Source of the DNA: an uncultured Candidatus Rokubacteria bacterium
Lineage (GTDB): Bacteria; Methylomirabilota; Methylomirabilia; Rokubacteriales; DASRDR01
Length of the DNA: 64,000 bases
NCBI GenBank assembly: GCA_963805625.1
Contig: CAWDVE010000021.1
Span: 128,001-192,000 of the forward strand
Direction of reading: 5' to 3'
In this document: one piece after another, positions 53,248 through 62,714 of the stretch
Layout of the letters: each line of letters begins with the position of its first letter
Position numbering within the stretch: position 1 is the first letter of the stretch
Position numbers and translations under genes: made by a program
The notes under the pieces: generated by a model
What the model saw: only the letters and a program-made list of their open reading frames with translations
Database searches by the model: none
Told to the model about the DNA's origin: nothing

Positions 53248-54765
53248 TCACGGGCCCTCGCGAGCCCAGTCCCGGGCGCGGTCCACGGCCCGCCGCCAGC
53301 CCGCGTAGAGCGCGTCGCGCTGCGCGGGGGGCATGGCGGGCTCGAAGGCGCGATCGAGCCGCCAGAGGTCGCGGAGCGCTTCCGGGCCGCGCCAGACCCC
53401 CGCACCGAGCCCGGCGAGGTAGGCGGCCCCGAGCCCGGTCGTCTCGCGCACCCGCGGCCGCAGGATGGGGAGGCCGAGGATGTCCGCCTGGAACTGGCAG
53501 AGGAAGTCGTTCTCGGTCGCGCCTCCATCGACCCGGAGCTCCGCGGGGAGGCGGCCGGCCTCCGCGGCCATCACCTCGAGCACATCGCGCGTCTGATACG
53601 CGATCGCCTCGAGCGTCGCCCGTGCGACGTGGGCGCGGGTCGTCCCGCGGGTCAGCCCCACCAGGGCGCCCCGCGCGTACATGTCCCAGTAGGGGGCGCC
53701 GAGCCCCACGAAGGCGGGCACGAGGTAGACGCCCCCCGTGTCCGGCACCGAGCGCGCCAGGGGCTCGGTCTCGGCGGCGGTCTTGATCAGACCGAGTCCA
53801 TCCCGGAGCCACTGGACGGCGGCGCCGGCGACGAAGACCGCGCCCTCGAGCGCGTACGCGACGACGGGCGGACCGCCGCCCGGGGGCGGGAGCGACCAGG
53901 CAACCGTCGCGAGGAGGCCGGCCTCCGATGCGACCGGCGTCGGGCCGGTATTGAGGAGGAGGAAGCATCCCGTCCCGTACGTGTTTTTCGCGCCCCCCGG
54001 GGCCAGCGCTCCCTGACCGAAGAGGGCGGCCTGCTGGTCCCCGGCGATCCCTGCCACTGGAATGCCGGCCGGGAGACCGTTGTGGGCGACCGTCTCCCCG
54101 AAGATCCCCGCCGACGGGCGGACCGCGGGGAAGACTTCCCGCGGGATGCGGAGGTGGCCAGTCAGCTCCGCGTCCCAGTCGAGACGCCGGATGTCGAAGC
54201 AGAGGGTCCGCGAGGCGTTCGAGGGATCGGTCGCGTGGACGCGCCCGCCCGTGAGCTGCCAGAGGAGCCAGCTGTCCACCGTGCCGAAGGCAAGCTCGCC
54301 ACGGGCCGCCCGCTCGCGGAGCTCGGGCCGGGCATCGAGGAGCCACGCGATCTTGGTTCCCGAGAAGTAGGCGTCCAGGACGAGCCCGGTCCGGGCGCGC
54401 ACCAGCGGCTCGAGGCCGTCCGCTCGCAGTCGCTCGCAGAGCGGCGCCGAGCGGCGGCACTGCCAGACGATCGCCCGGTGGACCGGGACGCCGGTCCGCC
54501 GGTCCCAGAGGAGCGTGGTCTCGCGCTGGTTGGTGATCCCGATCGCGGCCAGGTCGCGAGGCGCGACTCGCGCCGCGATGAGTGCGGCCTGGGCGGCGTC
54601 AAGCTGGGTCGCCCAGATCTCGGCCGGATCGTGCTCCACCCAGCCGGGCTGGGGATAGTACTGGGGCAGCTCCGTGTAGCCGCGCCCGAGAACCGCCCCG
54701 TCGTCGCCGACGACTAGGGCGGTCGATCCCGTCGTTCCCTGGTCGAGCGCGAGGATCGCCCTCAC
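53248..54765 (-). CDS. glpK: Glycerol kinase
   Basis: [42 protein letters not shown]. Confidence 0.96.
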   Translation of the reverse strand: MRAILALDQGTTGSTALVVGDDGAVLGRGYTELPQYYPQPGWVEHDPAEIWATQLDAAQAALIAARVAPRDLAAIGITNQRETTLLWDRRTGVPVHRAIVWQCRRSAPLCERLRADGLEPLVRARTGLVLDAYFSGTKIAWLLDARPELRERAARGELAFGTVDSWLLWQLTGGRVHATDPSNASRTLCFDIRRLDWDAELTGHLRIPREVFPAVRPSAGIFGETVAHNGLPAGIPVAGIAGDQQAALFGQGALAPGGAKNTYGTGCFLLLNTGPTPVASEAGLLATVAWSLPPPGGGPPVVAYALEGAVFVAGAAVQWLRDGLGLIKTAAETEPLARSVPDTGGVYLVPAFVGLGAPYWDMYARGALVGLTRGTTRAHVARATLEAIAYQTRDVLEVMAAEAGRLPAELRVDGGATENDFLCQFQADILGLPILRPRVRETTGLGAAYLAGLGAGVWRGPEALRDLWRLDRAFEPAMPPAQRDALYAGWRRAVDRARDWAREGP

Positions 54766-54793
54766 GATGGCGCGGGGATCGTCGCGGGCGCTG

Positions 54794-55570
54794 TCAGGGC
54801 CGCGCGTCGCGCAGCCGGAGCGCGAGGTCCGGCTGATCCGTCGTCACGTAGTCCACGCCCGCCGCGAGCGCTTGGCGGAGCTCCTCCGGCTCGTTCACCG
54901 TCCACACGCCGATCGAGAGCCCGGCGTCGTGCGCCGCGCGGACTGCCTCCGGCGTGAGCAGCGTGCGCTCGATCCCCAGGTCGTTCGCGCCTAGGCCTCG
55001 GAGCCGGGAGACAACCGCCCCGACGCCGCCCACGCGCTCGGCCCCGCTATGGGAGAGGAGGCCGGTCAAGCGGACAGACGGGGACAGGATGCGAAGCCGC
55101 TCCAGGATCGTCCAGTCGAAGGCCATCACCGTGGTCCGGTCGGCGAGCCCGGCGGCCTGGACAAGGGCCAGCACCCGCTCCTCGATGCCGGGATAGCGCG
55201 CGCCCTCCGGCCCCGTCTTGATCTCGAGGAGGAGCCCGACCGGCGTGGGCCGGAGCAGCGCAAGGACCTCGGCGAGCCGCGGCAGCCGCTCGTCGGCCGT
55301 CCCCCGGATGCTGACGGGCGAGAGCTCCGCCCAGGTCAGATCGCGCACGGCCCCGCGGCCCGTCGTCGTCCGTTCGAGGGTGGAATCGTGGACCACGACG
55401 ACCTCGCCGTCGCGCGTCTGGTGGACGTCCAGCTCGACGAGATCGACCCCGAGCCCGAGCGCCCCGCGGAACGCCGTGAGGCTGTTCTCCGGCCAGAGGC
55501 GCGCGCCGCCCCGGTGGGCGGCGATCGCCGGCCGGACGGCCCCGGCCACCGCCGGGGGCGTGAGGCTCAT
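54794..55570 (-). CDS. Glycerophosphodiester phosphodiesterase (GDPD)
   Basis: AHRG, PENS, ELDV, HD, EIK, WTVN, TTD; true start may be CTG at 55612. Confidence 0.9.
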   Translation of the reverse strand: MSLTPPAVAGAVRPAIAAHRGGARLWPENSLTAFRGALGLGVDLVELDVHQTRDGEVVVVHDSTLERTTTGRGAVRDLTWAELSPVSIRGTADERLPRLAEVLALLRPTPVGLLLEIKTGPEGARYPGIEERVLALVQAAGLADRTTVMAFDWTILERLRILSPSVRLTGLLSHSGAERVGGVGAVVSRLRGLGANDLGIERTLLTPEAVRAAHDAGLSIGVWTVNEPEELRQALAAGVDYVTTDQPDLALRLRDARP

Positions 55571-55628
55571 CAGCAAGAACCCGGCGAGGAGCGCGGCCGT
55601 GCCGGCGCGCAGTCGGTGACCGCCCCGA

Positions 55629-56273
55629 TCACGAGCCCGACCACGACCGGACTTCCACCAGCTCCTCCTCGTACCCACGTAGATAGTCCTCCAGCCGGAC
55701 CCAGTAGCGGATCCTGGGGTTGTACCAATACGCCTCGAGCCGCCGGGCTCCACCCCAGCGCTCAACCCGGAGCGTGTAGAAGCGGCCCGCGACGGTATCG
55801 ATCGGCTCGACCGTCGAGCCGACCTTCCAGGTATTCGCGTACCGGCCGTCGTTCCGTCCATCGGTGTACTGGAACTCCTGCGCCCACGTGTCACCGGGCT
55901 TGAACGGCCACGAGAAGAACAGCGCGGGGGGGTCGTAGCGCACGAGCGCGCCGTCCGCCGTCGCCTCCTCCACCAGGTGGAGATCGAGGGTCCACCGACG
56001 CGTGACCTCGGGGACGAGCCCCAGGATCCGGATCGTGTAGCCCTCCGACGTCGCCGCGACGACCTGGTGTGTGACCACCGACGTGGCGCCCGCGAGAGCC
56101 GTGCGCTTGAAGGTCCAGCGGTCGCCCATGCGCCACTCGGGCCGCGGGAGCGACTCGGCCGCCACCTTCTCGGCGGCGTCCTTCGGCATGTCCAGGGGAC
56201 ACCCGGACGCCGCCAACAGGACGGCCGCCAGCAGCGCGCCTCGTCCCCACCTCCCCACTGGCGTCCCGCTCAC
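55629..56273 (-). CDS. Hypothetical lipoprotein
   Basis: Lipobox ASGC; Trp-rich, beta-rich pattern (GDRWTF, GDTW, TVAGRF, YWY); GTGA overlap with ugpE. Confidence 0.7.
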   Translation of the reverse strand: MSGTPVGRWGRGALLAAVLLAASGCPLDMPKDAAEKVAAESLPRPEWRMGDRWTFKRTALAGATSVVTHQVVAATSEGYTIRILGLVPEVTRRWTLDLHLVEEATADGALVRYDPPALFFSWPFKPGDTWAQEFQYTDGRNDGRYANTWKVGSTVEPIDTVAGRFYTLRVERWGGARRLEAYWYNPRIRYWVRLEDYLRGYEEELVEVRSWSGS

Positions 56274-57121
56274 TTCTCGGTCTCGATGAGGCCTCGGACG
56301 AACCAGCGCTGCGTGAGAGCGACGACAACGACTGGGGGTATGAGCGCAAGCACCGTGGTAGCCATGATCAAATTCCAGTCAATCAGCGCGTCCCCCGTGC
56401 CGATCATCTTCGTGATCCCGATCACGACGGTGTCCATGCCTCGGCTCGTCGTGATGAGGAGCGGCCACAGGTACTGGTTCCAGCCGTAGATGAACAGGAT
56501 CACGCAGAGGGCCGCGATATTGGTCCGTGACAGGGGCACCACCACTGAGCGCAGGAACCGGAGCGGTCCCGCCCCGTCAATCTTCGCTGCCTCGACCAGC
56601 TCGTCGGGGATGGTTAGGAAGAACTGGCGGAACAGCAGCGTCGCCGTGGCCGACGCCATTAGCGGTACGGTCAACCCGGCGAAGGTGTTCACCATGCCAA
56701 GGTCGGAGACGACCTTGTAGGTGGGGATGATCCGCACCTCAACCGGCACCATGAGCGTGAGAAAGATGAGCCAGAAGAAGAACATCCGCAGCCGGAACCG
56801 AAAGAACACCACCGCAAAGCCTGAGAGCAGCGACAGGGCGATCTTCCCAGTGGTGATTACCATCGCCATGATCAGGCTGTTAACCATCATCTGCTTGACC
56901 GGCGTGCCGCGGACGCGTTGGCCGGTTCCCTGCATCCAGGCCTGGTGGTAGTTCTCGGAAGCGAAGCCACCCGGTGTCAGCGGCAAGTTGCCCCGGCCGA
57001 TGGTTCCGACGTCATGGGTCGAAGCGATCACCGCCACGTAGATCGGAAACGCAAAGACGGCGATTCCGACCAGCAACACCGCGTAGGGGAGCCAGCCGCC
57101 TCGGCCGCGCCGCTCGACCAT
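56270..57121 (-). CDS. ugpE: sn-glycerol-3-phosphate ABC permease
   Basis: TLMVPVEVRI, PLMASATATLLFRQFF, EAAKIDGAG, GLIETEK C-terminus. Confidence 0.92.
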   Translation of the reverse strand: MVERRGRGGWLPYAVLLVGIAVFAFPIYVAVIASTHDVGTIGRGNLPLTPGGFASENYHQAWMQGTGQRVRGTPVKQMMVNSLIMAMVITTGKIALSLLSGFAVVFFRFRLRMFFFWLIFLTLMVPVEVRIIPTYKVVSDLGMVNTFAGLTVPLMASATATLLFRQFFLTIPDELVEAAKIDGAGPLRFLRSVVVPLSRTNIAALCVILFIYGWNQYLWPLLITTSRGMDTVVIGITKMIGTGDALIDWNLIMATTVLALIPPVVVVALTQRWFVRGLIETEK

Positions 57122-58002
57122 CAGTAGTGCACGCGACGCTCGACGTAGCGAAACTGGAGCGCGGTCAACGCTGAGACGATAACCATCAAGATGACGGACT
57201 GCGCCGAGGATCCGCCCAGATCGAGGTTGATGACACCGTCGACGTACACCTTGTAGATCAGGGTCTCGGTGGCCTTTCCGGGCCCGCCGCCGGTAAGCGC
57301 GTGGATCGTGCCGAACGTATCGAAGAATGCATACACGAGGTTGACGACCAGGAGAAAGAACGTGGTGGGCGACAACAGCGGAAAGACGATGCGCCAAAAC
57401 CGTCGGGAAGGCCCGGCCCCGTCGATGGCCGCGGCCTCGATCACTGACCGTTGGATCGCTTGGAGTCCGGCCAGGAAGAACAGGAAGTTGTAGCTCACCT
57501 GCTTCCACGACGCGGCGAGGATCACCAAGAGCATGGCCTGGAGGCCATTGAGCCTGAAGTCCCACGGGATGCCCGCCCCGCGGAGCGCACGCCCGAGCAC
57601 CCCGACGGCCGGGTGGAAGATAAACAACCAAAGCACGGCGGCCACGGCCGGCGCCACCGCGTAGGGCCAGATGAGGAGCGTCCGGTACACCGTCGCGCCG
57701 CGTACGCGCTGGTCGGCCATCACCGCCAGGAGGAGCGCGACGCTCATCGACAGCGCCGTCACCGCCGCACCGAAGACGAACGTGCGCCCGATCGCGTCGA
57801 GGTACAGCGGGTCCCGGAGGATCACTCGGAAGTTCTCGAACCAGACGAACGTCTGGCGGAGCCCGAACGCATCCTGGAGGAAGAACGCCTGATAGACGGC
57901 TTGACCGGCGGGCCAGAAGAAGAACACGAGCGTGACGAGGATCTGGGGCCCGAGAAGGGCGTAGGGCAAAAGCCGCCCCTCAAAGACTGCTCGCCGGTTC
58001 AC
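57121..58002 (-). CDS. ugpA: sn-glycerol-3-phosphate ABC permease
   Basis: [39 protein letters not shown]. Confidence 0.92.
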   Translation of the reverse strand: MNRRAVFEGRLLPYALLGPQILVTLVFFFWPAGQAVYQAFFLQDAFGLRQTFVWFENFRVILRDPLYLDAIGRTFVFGAAVTALSMSVALLLAVMADQRVRGATVYRTLLIWPYAVAPAVAAVLWLFIFHPAVGVLGRALRGAGIPWDFRLNGLQAMLLVILAASWKQVSYNFLFFLAGLQAIQRSVIEAAAIDGAGPSRRFWRIVFPLLSPTTFFLLVVNLVYAFFDTFGTIHALTGGGPGKATETLIYKVYVDGVINLDLGGSSAQSVILMVIVSALTALQFRYVERRVHY

Positions 58003-58171
58003 GGTGGATCGGTCGCGGTTGCGGGGAGCCCCGTGCATCCGGGGCCCTCCACTCCGCCGCACATGTCAGCCGTGGGCAGCCACCGCTCTGTGGCAGCCGA
58101 GCCGCCCCTTGCGCTCACGCGCCCCCTCCAGCAGGAGCCGGCAACCGGCTCGGCGCGGAACAGACCCCCCG

Positions 58172-59516
58172 TCAGCGATTCGCCCGCTCGAACGTGCGAA
58201 GGACCACATTGCCGCGTTGGACCGCGTTGTCGAGCGCCTGCTGAGGGCTTTGCTGGCCCTGCAGGGCCTTCTCCATCTCTTCCTGGATGATGTTGCGAAT
58301 CTCCGGCATGTTCCCCAGACGGAGGCCGCGGGAGTTCTCGGTCGGGGTAGTACTCGTGAGCTGGAGGAATGGGACGTCCGCACCCGGGTTCTTCTGATAG
58401 ATAGCCAGAGCTTTTCACTCGCTCGAACGCGGCAGCCGTAATCGGGAGGAACCCCGTGTCCGTGTGCCACTTACCGATGACCTCCGGCTGGCTCAGGTAG
58501 CGGAAGAACTCGGCCACAGCCTTGTACTCCTCCGGGCGTCGGTTGGGCGCGGTCATGACCCAGAAGCTCGCGCCCCCGATGATCGAGTTCTTCGGCGCCC
58601 CTGGCGCGTCCGGATAGTAAGGGAGCATCGTCGCTCCCCACTCGAACTTCGCCTCGCGCACGATGCGGCCGCGGAGCCCGGAGGACCCCTGCAGAATGGC
58701 ACACTCCCCGGAGGGGAAAAGTGCGTCTCCCGCAGCATCGCGGCCGCCGTACTTGAACGTCCCCTCCTTGTGCATGTCGATCAGCGTCTGGAGGTGGCGG
58801 ACATGGAGCGGGCTGTTGATCCGGAGCTCGGCATCGAGGCCCTCCATCCCGTTCGCCCGCGTGGCCAGTGGCACGTTGTGCATGGCGCTGAACTGCTCGA
58901 TCTGCGTCCAGGTGGGCCAGGCGAACCCGAAGGCGCACGGGGCCGCGTTGGTGGCTTTGATCTTGCGCGCTGCCTGGACCACTTCCGGCCAGGTCGCGGG
59001 CGGCTTCGCCGGATCGAGACCAGCCTTCCGGAAGGCGTCCTTGTTGTAGAAGGTGATCGCGGTCGAGCTGTTGAACGGCATCGACATCAATCGACCGTCG
59101 GGGAGGCTGTAGTAGCCGCGCACGGCGGGCAGGTAGATGTTGGGATCGAGTGCCACGCCGGTCTCACGTACCAGCTCATGCACAGGCTTGATCGCCCCCC
59201 GCGCGGACATCATCGTCGCTGTACCAACCTCGAACATCTGGACGATGTGCGGAGCGTTGCCGGCGCGGAAGGCCGCGATGGCCGCCACCATGGTCTCGGG
59301 GTACTGTCCCTTGAACGTGGCGTTGACCTGGTACTGGGTCTGAGAGGCGTTGAAGTCGGCCGCGATCTGCTCGAGGAGGCCGCCAGCAGGGGGATTGAGC
59401 CCGTGCCAGAACTCCACCTGGGTCCGCTGTTGCGCGGCCGTGGTCCCGGCAACTGCGACCAAGCCGATCAGCACCAGTCCGAAGAGGCCTACCCAGCGTC
59501 CTTGCCGTGGTCTCAT
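58172..59516 (-). pseudogene. ugpB: sn-glycerol-3-phosphate-binding protein with a +1 frameshift near 58400
   Basis: QMFEVGTATM and MPFNSST in one frame; the C-terminus YQKNPGAD..GLRLGNMPEIR..QQALDNAVQRGN..FERANR* is in another; span 1345 nt = 3n+1. Confidence 0.8.
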
Positions 59517-59648
59517 CTCAGCTGACCTCCTTCGCTTCGGGCCACGTCACATGCCCCGCTTAGGGACCATCCCCCGCGCGCCCTATTTTCCCCCAGGCCG
59601 CGCCCATCATACCCGGCTTCCGTGACGGGCGCGCGACCGCGCCAGCCC

Positions 59649-61319
59649 TCACTCGCTCCGGAACCGGAGGCCCTGGCGAACGGTGCCCTCGTAGGCGTCG
59701 AGCTCCGCCTCGGCCCGCCGCGGGCTCCAGCCAAGGAGGGCGCCCATCCGTTGGGCGATCGCCGGGGCGCAATCGAGACCGAGGCACGGCCCGGTGCCGA
59801 GGCCGGTCCGCCGGAGGAGCACGTCCTGGAGCGAGACCGCCAGCTCGCTCTCCACGGCCCAGTACAGCTGGGCGACGATCTCCGGCGCGTTCTTGCAGAG
59901 CCGCTCGGTGCCCCCCGGCAGCCGCCGCGCCGCGTCCAGCACGGCGCCCGCGCGGCGGCCATGGGTGGTCACGAGCATCTCGATCTGCTCGGGCTCGAGG
60001 CCGGAGCTCCGCACCGCCTCGGTGACGTCCAGCATCGCGCGGACCTCGAGGGCACCCGCCGCCTCGTCCTGTCCGTCGAGCGTGATCCGCGCCGTGTCGG
60101 ACGGGCCGCCCCGCCCGAGCAGCCGCGCGACGATCCGGCCCACCTCCTCCGCCAGGCTCCGGAAGCACGTCAGCTTGGTGCCGGTGATGGAGAGGAAGCG
60201 GCCGCCCGGCCCCTCGGCAACGACCCGGTGCTGGCGGGAGACGGACGAGGCCCGCGTCCCGGCCGACCCGTCGAAGGTGAGGGGCCGCACCCCCGCGTAG
60301 GTGTACGCGACGTTGGCCTCGGTGATCCGCGAATCCATGAGCAGGCGGCCCGCGGCCTCGAGGAGATACTGGACGTCCGCCTTCGTCGCCCAGACTCGGT
60401 CGGGGCTCTCGGCGTAGTCGGTATCGGTGGTGCCGACCAGCGAGAACTCGCGCCACGGGATCACGAACACCAGCCGGTCATCGCCGGTGGCGAGGTAGAT
60501 CGCGCCCTCGGTCAGACGCGGGAGGAGCACGTGCACGCCTTTGGTCGTCCGGAGGATCCGCTCCCCCCGATCCTCGACGCCCGCCCGCCCACGGACCCGG
60601 TCCACCCAGGGCCCGGCGGCGTTGACGAGCACTCGCCCGTGGAGATCCACGACGTCGCCGCCGACGAGATCCCGGACCCGCGCCGTCCAGCCACCGTCGG
60701 GGCGCCGCTGGAACTCCTCCGCCTGGGCGTAGTTGACCACGTGCGCGCCCGCCCGGCGCGCCGAGAGCACATTCTCGAGACACAGGCGCTCCGGGGACAG
60801 CAGCAGGTCGTCGAAGTAGTACCCCGCGCCCAGGAGGCCCTCCGGCTGGAGGGTGGGCTCGAGCGCGCGGGCCCGGGCCGCGTCCACCGTCCCGTAGCGC
60901 GGCGTCCGCTTGCTCGGGGTGAGGAGGTCGTAGAGCCGGAGCCCGAGGCGCACCTTGACGAGGCTCCGCGGCCCGCCGCGGTAGACGGGCATCAAGAACG
61001 GCAGCGGGCGGATGAGATGGGGCGCCAGCCGCGCGAGCGTCTCCCGCTCGCGCAGGGACTCCCGGACCAGCCGGAAGTCGAAGAGCTCGAGGTACCGGAG
61101 CCCCCCGTGGATGAGCTTCGACGAGCGCGAGGTCGTCCCCGCGGCGAAGTCGACTTTCTCGACGAGGACGCAGGAGAGACCACGCTGGGCGAGGTCCCGC
61201 GCGACGCCCGCGCCAGCCATGCCCCCCCCGACGATGACGGCGTCGAAGATCTCCCGGTCCAGGCCCGCCAGCCGGCTGACGGAGGCGCCGGGCGGCGAGG
61301 CGGGCGCGCGGTCGCTCAC
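59649..61319 (-). CDS. glpD: FAD-dependent glycerol-3-phosphate dehydrogenase
   Basis: VGGGMAG, GTTSRSSKLIHGGLRYL, NAAGPW, GTTD, AGVRPL, SRQH, RRT. Confidence 0.92.
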   Translation of the reverse strand: MSDRAPASPPGASVSRLAGLDREIFDAVIVGGGMAGAGVARDLAQRGLSCVLVEKVDFAAGTTSRSSKLIHGGLRYLELFDFRLVRESLRERETLARLAPHLIRPLPFLMPVYRGGPRSLVKVRLGLRLYDLLTPSKRTPRYGTVDAARARALEPTLQPEGLLGAGYYFDDLLLSPERLCLENVLSARRAGAHVVNYAQAEEFQRRPDGGWTARVRDLVGGDVVDLHGRVLVNAAGPWVDRVRGRAGVEDRGERILRTTKGVHVLLPRLTEGAIYLATGDDRLVFVIPWREFSLVGTTDTDYAESPDRVWATKADVQYLLEAAGRLLMDSRITEANVAYTYAGVRPLTFDGSAGTRASSVSRQHRVVAEGPGGRFLSITGTKLTCFRSLAEEVGRIVARLLGRGGPSDTARITLDGQDEAAGALEVRAMLDVTEAVRSSGLEPEQIEMLVTTHGRRAGAVLDAARRLPGGTERLCKNAPEIVAQLYWAVESELAVSLQDVLLRRTGLGTGPCLGLDCAPAIAQRMGALLGWSPRRAEAELDAYEGTVRQGLRFRSE

Positions 61320-62131
61320 CGCGCCGCGCTCCCGGAGGCGGCGACCCCGTCCAGGAGCTCGCCGAGGGAGTCGACGACGTGGTCGGGGCGCCAGCGCGCG
61401 ATCTCGGGGTCGCCCGCCCGGGTGATGCCGCTCAGCACCAGGATCGTCCCGAGACCGGCGGCCCGGCCCATCGCGATGTCGGTCTCCAGCCGGTCGCCCA
61501 CGACGGCGCAGGCGGCCGCCGGGAGCCCGAGCTGGTCGAGCGTCACCCGGAGGGTGATCGGGGAGGGCTTGCCCACCACCGGATCCACGCGCCGCCCCGT
61601 CACGCCCTCCACCGCGCCGATCATGCCTGCGGCGTCGGGGATTTCTCCACCCTCCACCGGGCACGTCCGGTCGGGGTTGGTGCCCACCAGCCGCGCCCCG
61701 TGCCGCGTGACCGCCTGGAGCGCCACGTCGAGCTTCCGGTAGTCGAACGTCCGATCGAAGGCCACCACGACGTAGTCTACCCTGGCATCATCGACCGGCG
61801 CGAGGCCGGCCGCCCGCAGCTCCTCGACCAGCGGGGGCTCCCCGATCACGAAGCAGCGCGCCCCCGGGGCCTCGCGGGCGAGGTAGCGGGCGAGGACGTA
61901 CGAGGAGTTGATCACGTCGTGGACGGTGGTCGGCACGCCGAGTCGCGTGAGCTTGGCCGCGTAGTCCGCCCGGCTCTGGATCGGCTTGTTCGAGAGAAAG
62001 CACACGCGCCGCTCCGCGGCACGCAGGGCCTCGATCGCCTCTCGAGCCCCCGGCAGGAGCCGCTCGCCGAGGTACACGGTGCCATCCAGGTCGAGGATGA
62101 ACCCCCGGTAGGGGAAGCGCGGCGAGATCAC
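61316..62131 (-). CDS. HAD-IIA (NagD-like) phosphatase
   Basis: DLDGT, LSN, TNPD, GKP, GDRLETDI. Confidence 0.92.
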   Translation of the reverse strand: MISPRFPYRGFILDLDGTVYLGERLLPGAREAIEALRAAERRVCFLSNKPIQSRADYAAKLTRLGVPTTVHDVINSSYVLARYLAREAPGARCFVIGEPPLVEELRAAGLAPVDDARVDYVVVAFDRTFDYRKLDVALQAVTRHGARLVGTNPDRTCPVEGGEIPDAAGMIGAVEGVTGRRVDPVVGKPSPITLRVTLDQLGLPAAACAVVGDRLETDIAMGRAAGLGTILVLSGITRAGDPEIARWRPDHVVDSLGELLDGVAASGSAAR

Positions 62132-62136
62132 GGCCC

Positions 62137-62166
62137 ACTCTAGGCGGCCCTCGCGAAACGTGTCAA
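62137..62166 (-). promoter_or_regulatory. Sigma70 promoter directly upstream of the HAD start (leaderless geometry)
   Basis: TTGACA-18 nt-TAGAGT-GGGCC-GTG. Confidence 0.65.
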
Positions 62167-62199
62167 GGCGACGGCCGGTCCCTGGCGACGGCCGGTCCC
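62167..62199. repeat. 16-bp perfect direct repeat (two copies, 17-bp period)
   Basis: GGCGACGGCCGGTCCC-T-GGCGACGGCCGGTCCC. Confidence 0.85.
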
Positions 62200-62304
62200 C
62201 CGCCGTTCGCAGCCGGGAGCCGGCGCTTGGGATGCACCACCGTACATCCGCACCGCCCGGCTGGCGGCGAGACGGCGGGAATCCTGCCGGGGGATCCTTA
62301 CCGC

Positions 62305-62703
62305 TCAGGCGCGGCGGGGAACGACCGCGACCGCCTCGATCTCGACGAGAAGCCCCGGAAGGGCGAGGCGACTCACCTCGACCAGGGTGCTCGCCGGCCG
62401 GTTCGCGCCGAAATATGCCTGGCGCACCTCGTTGACCCGCGGCCGGTCGTCGACGTTCGCCAGGTAGACCGTGACCTTGACGACGTCGTCGAGGGTCGCG
62501 CCGCCCGCCGCGAGGACCCGCCGGACGTTGTCGAGCACCTGCCGGGTCTGGGCGGCGACATCGCCCGGACCCACCAGGCGACCGTCACCGTCGAGGGCCA
62601 CCTGGCCGGAGACGTAGATCGTGTCTCCGACCTTGACGCCGTTCGAGTAGTGACTGATCGGGGCGGGGAGCCCGGGAGGGTTCAGGAGCGTGTGGCCGGA
62701 CAT
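62305..62703 (-). CDS. RidA/YjgF family enamine deaminase
   Basis: YS, IYVSGQ, VVKVTVYL, RPASTLVEV..L..LLVEIEA; the catalytic Arg of RidA proper appears to be Ser here, so the subfamily is uncertain. Confidence 0.88.
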   Translation of the reverse strand: MSGHTLLNPPGLPAPISHYSNGVKVGDTIYVSGQVALDGDGRLVGPGDVAAQTRQVLDNVRRVLAAGGATLDDVVKVTVYLANVDDRPRVNEVRQAYFGANRPASTLVEVSRLALPGLLVEIEAVAVVPRRA

Positions 62704-62714
62704 GGGTCAGCCGC

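Noticed and set aside
58003-58171. Hairpins after ugpB (and after the SBP gene at 51941-51968) as ncRNAs
   Set aside because: Typical stabilising stem-loops downstream of ABC binding-protein genes; no family motif recognised
57999-58400. Novel C-terminal domain on the 505-aa UgpB ORF
   Set aside because: Frameshift product; the conserved C-terminus is in another frame
62167-62199. Direct repeat as a CRISPR remnant
   Set aside because: Only two copies, 1-nt spacer, no cas genes
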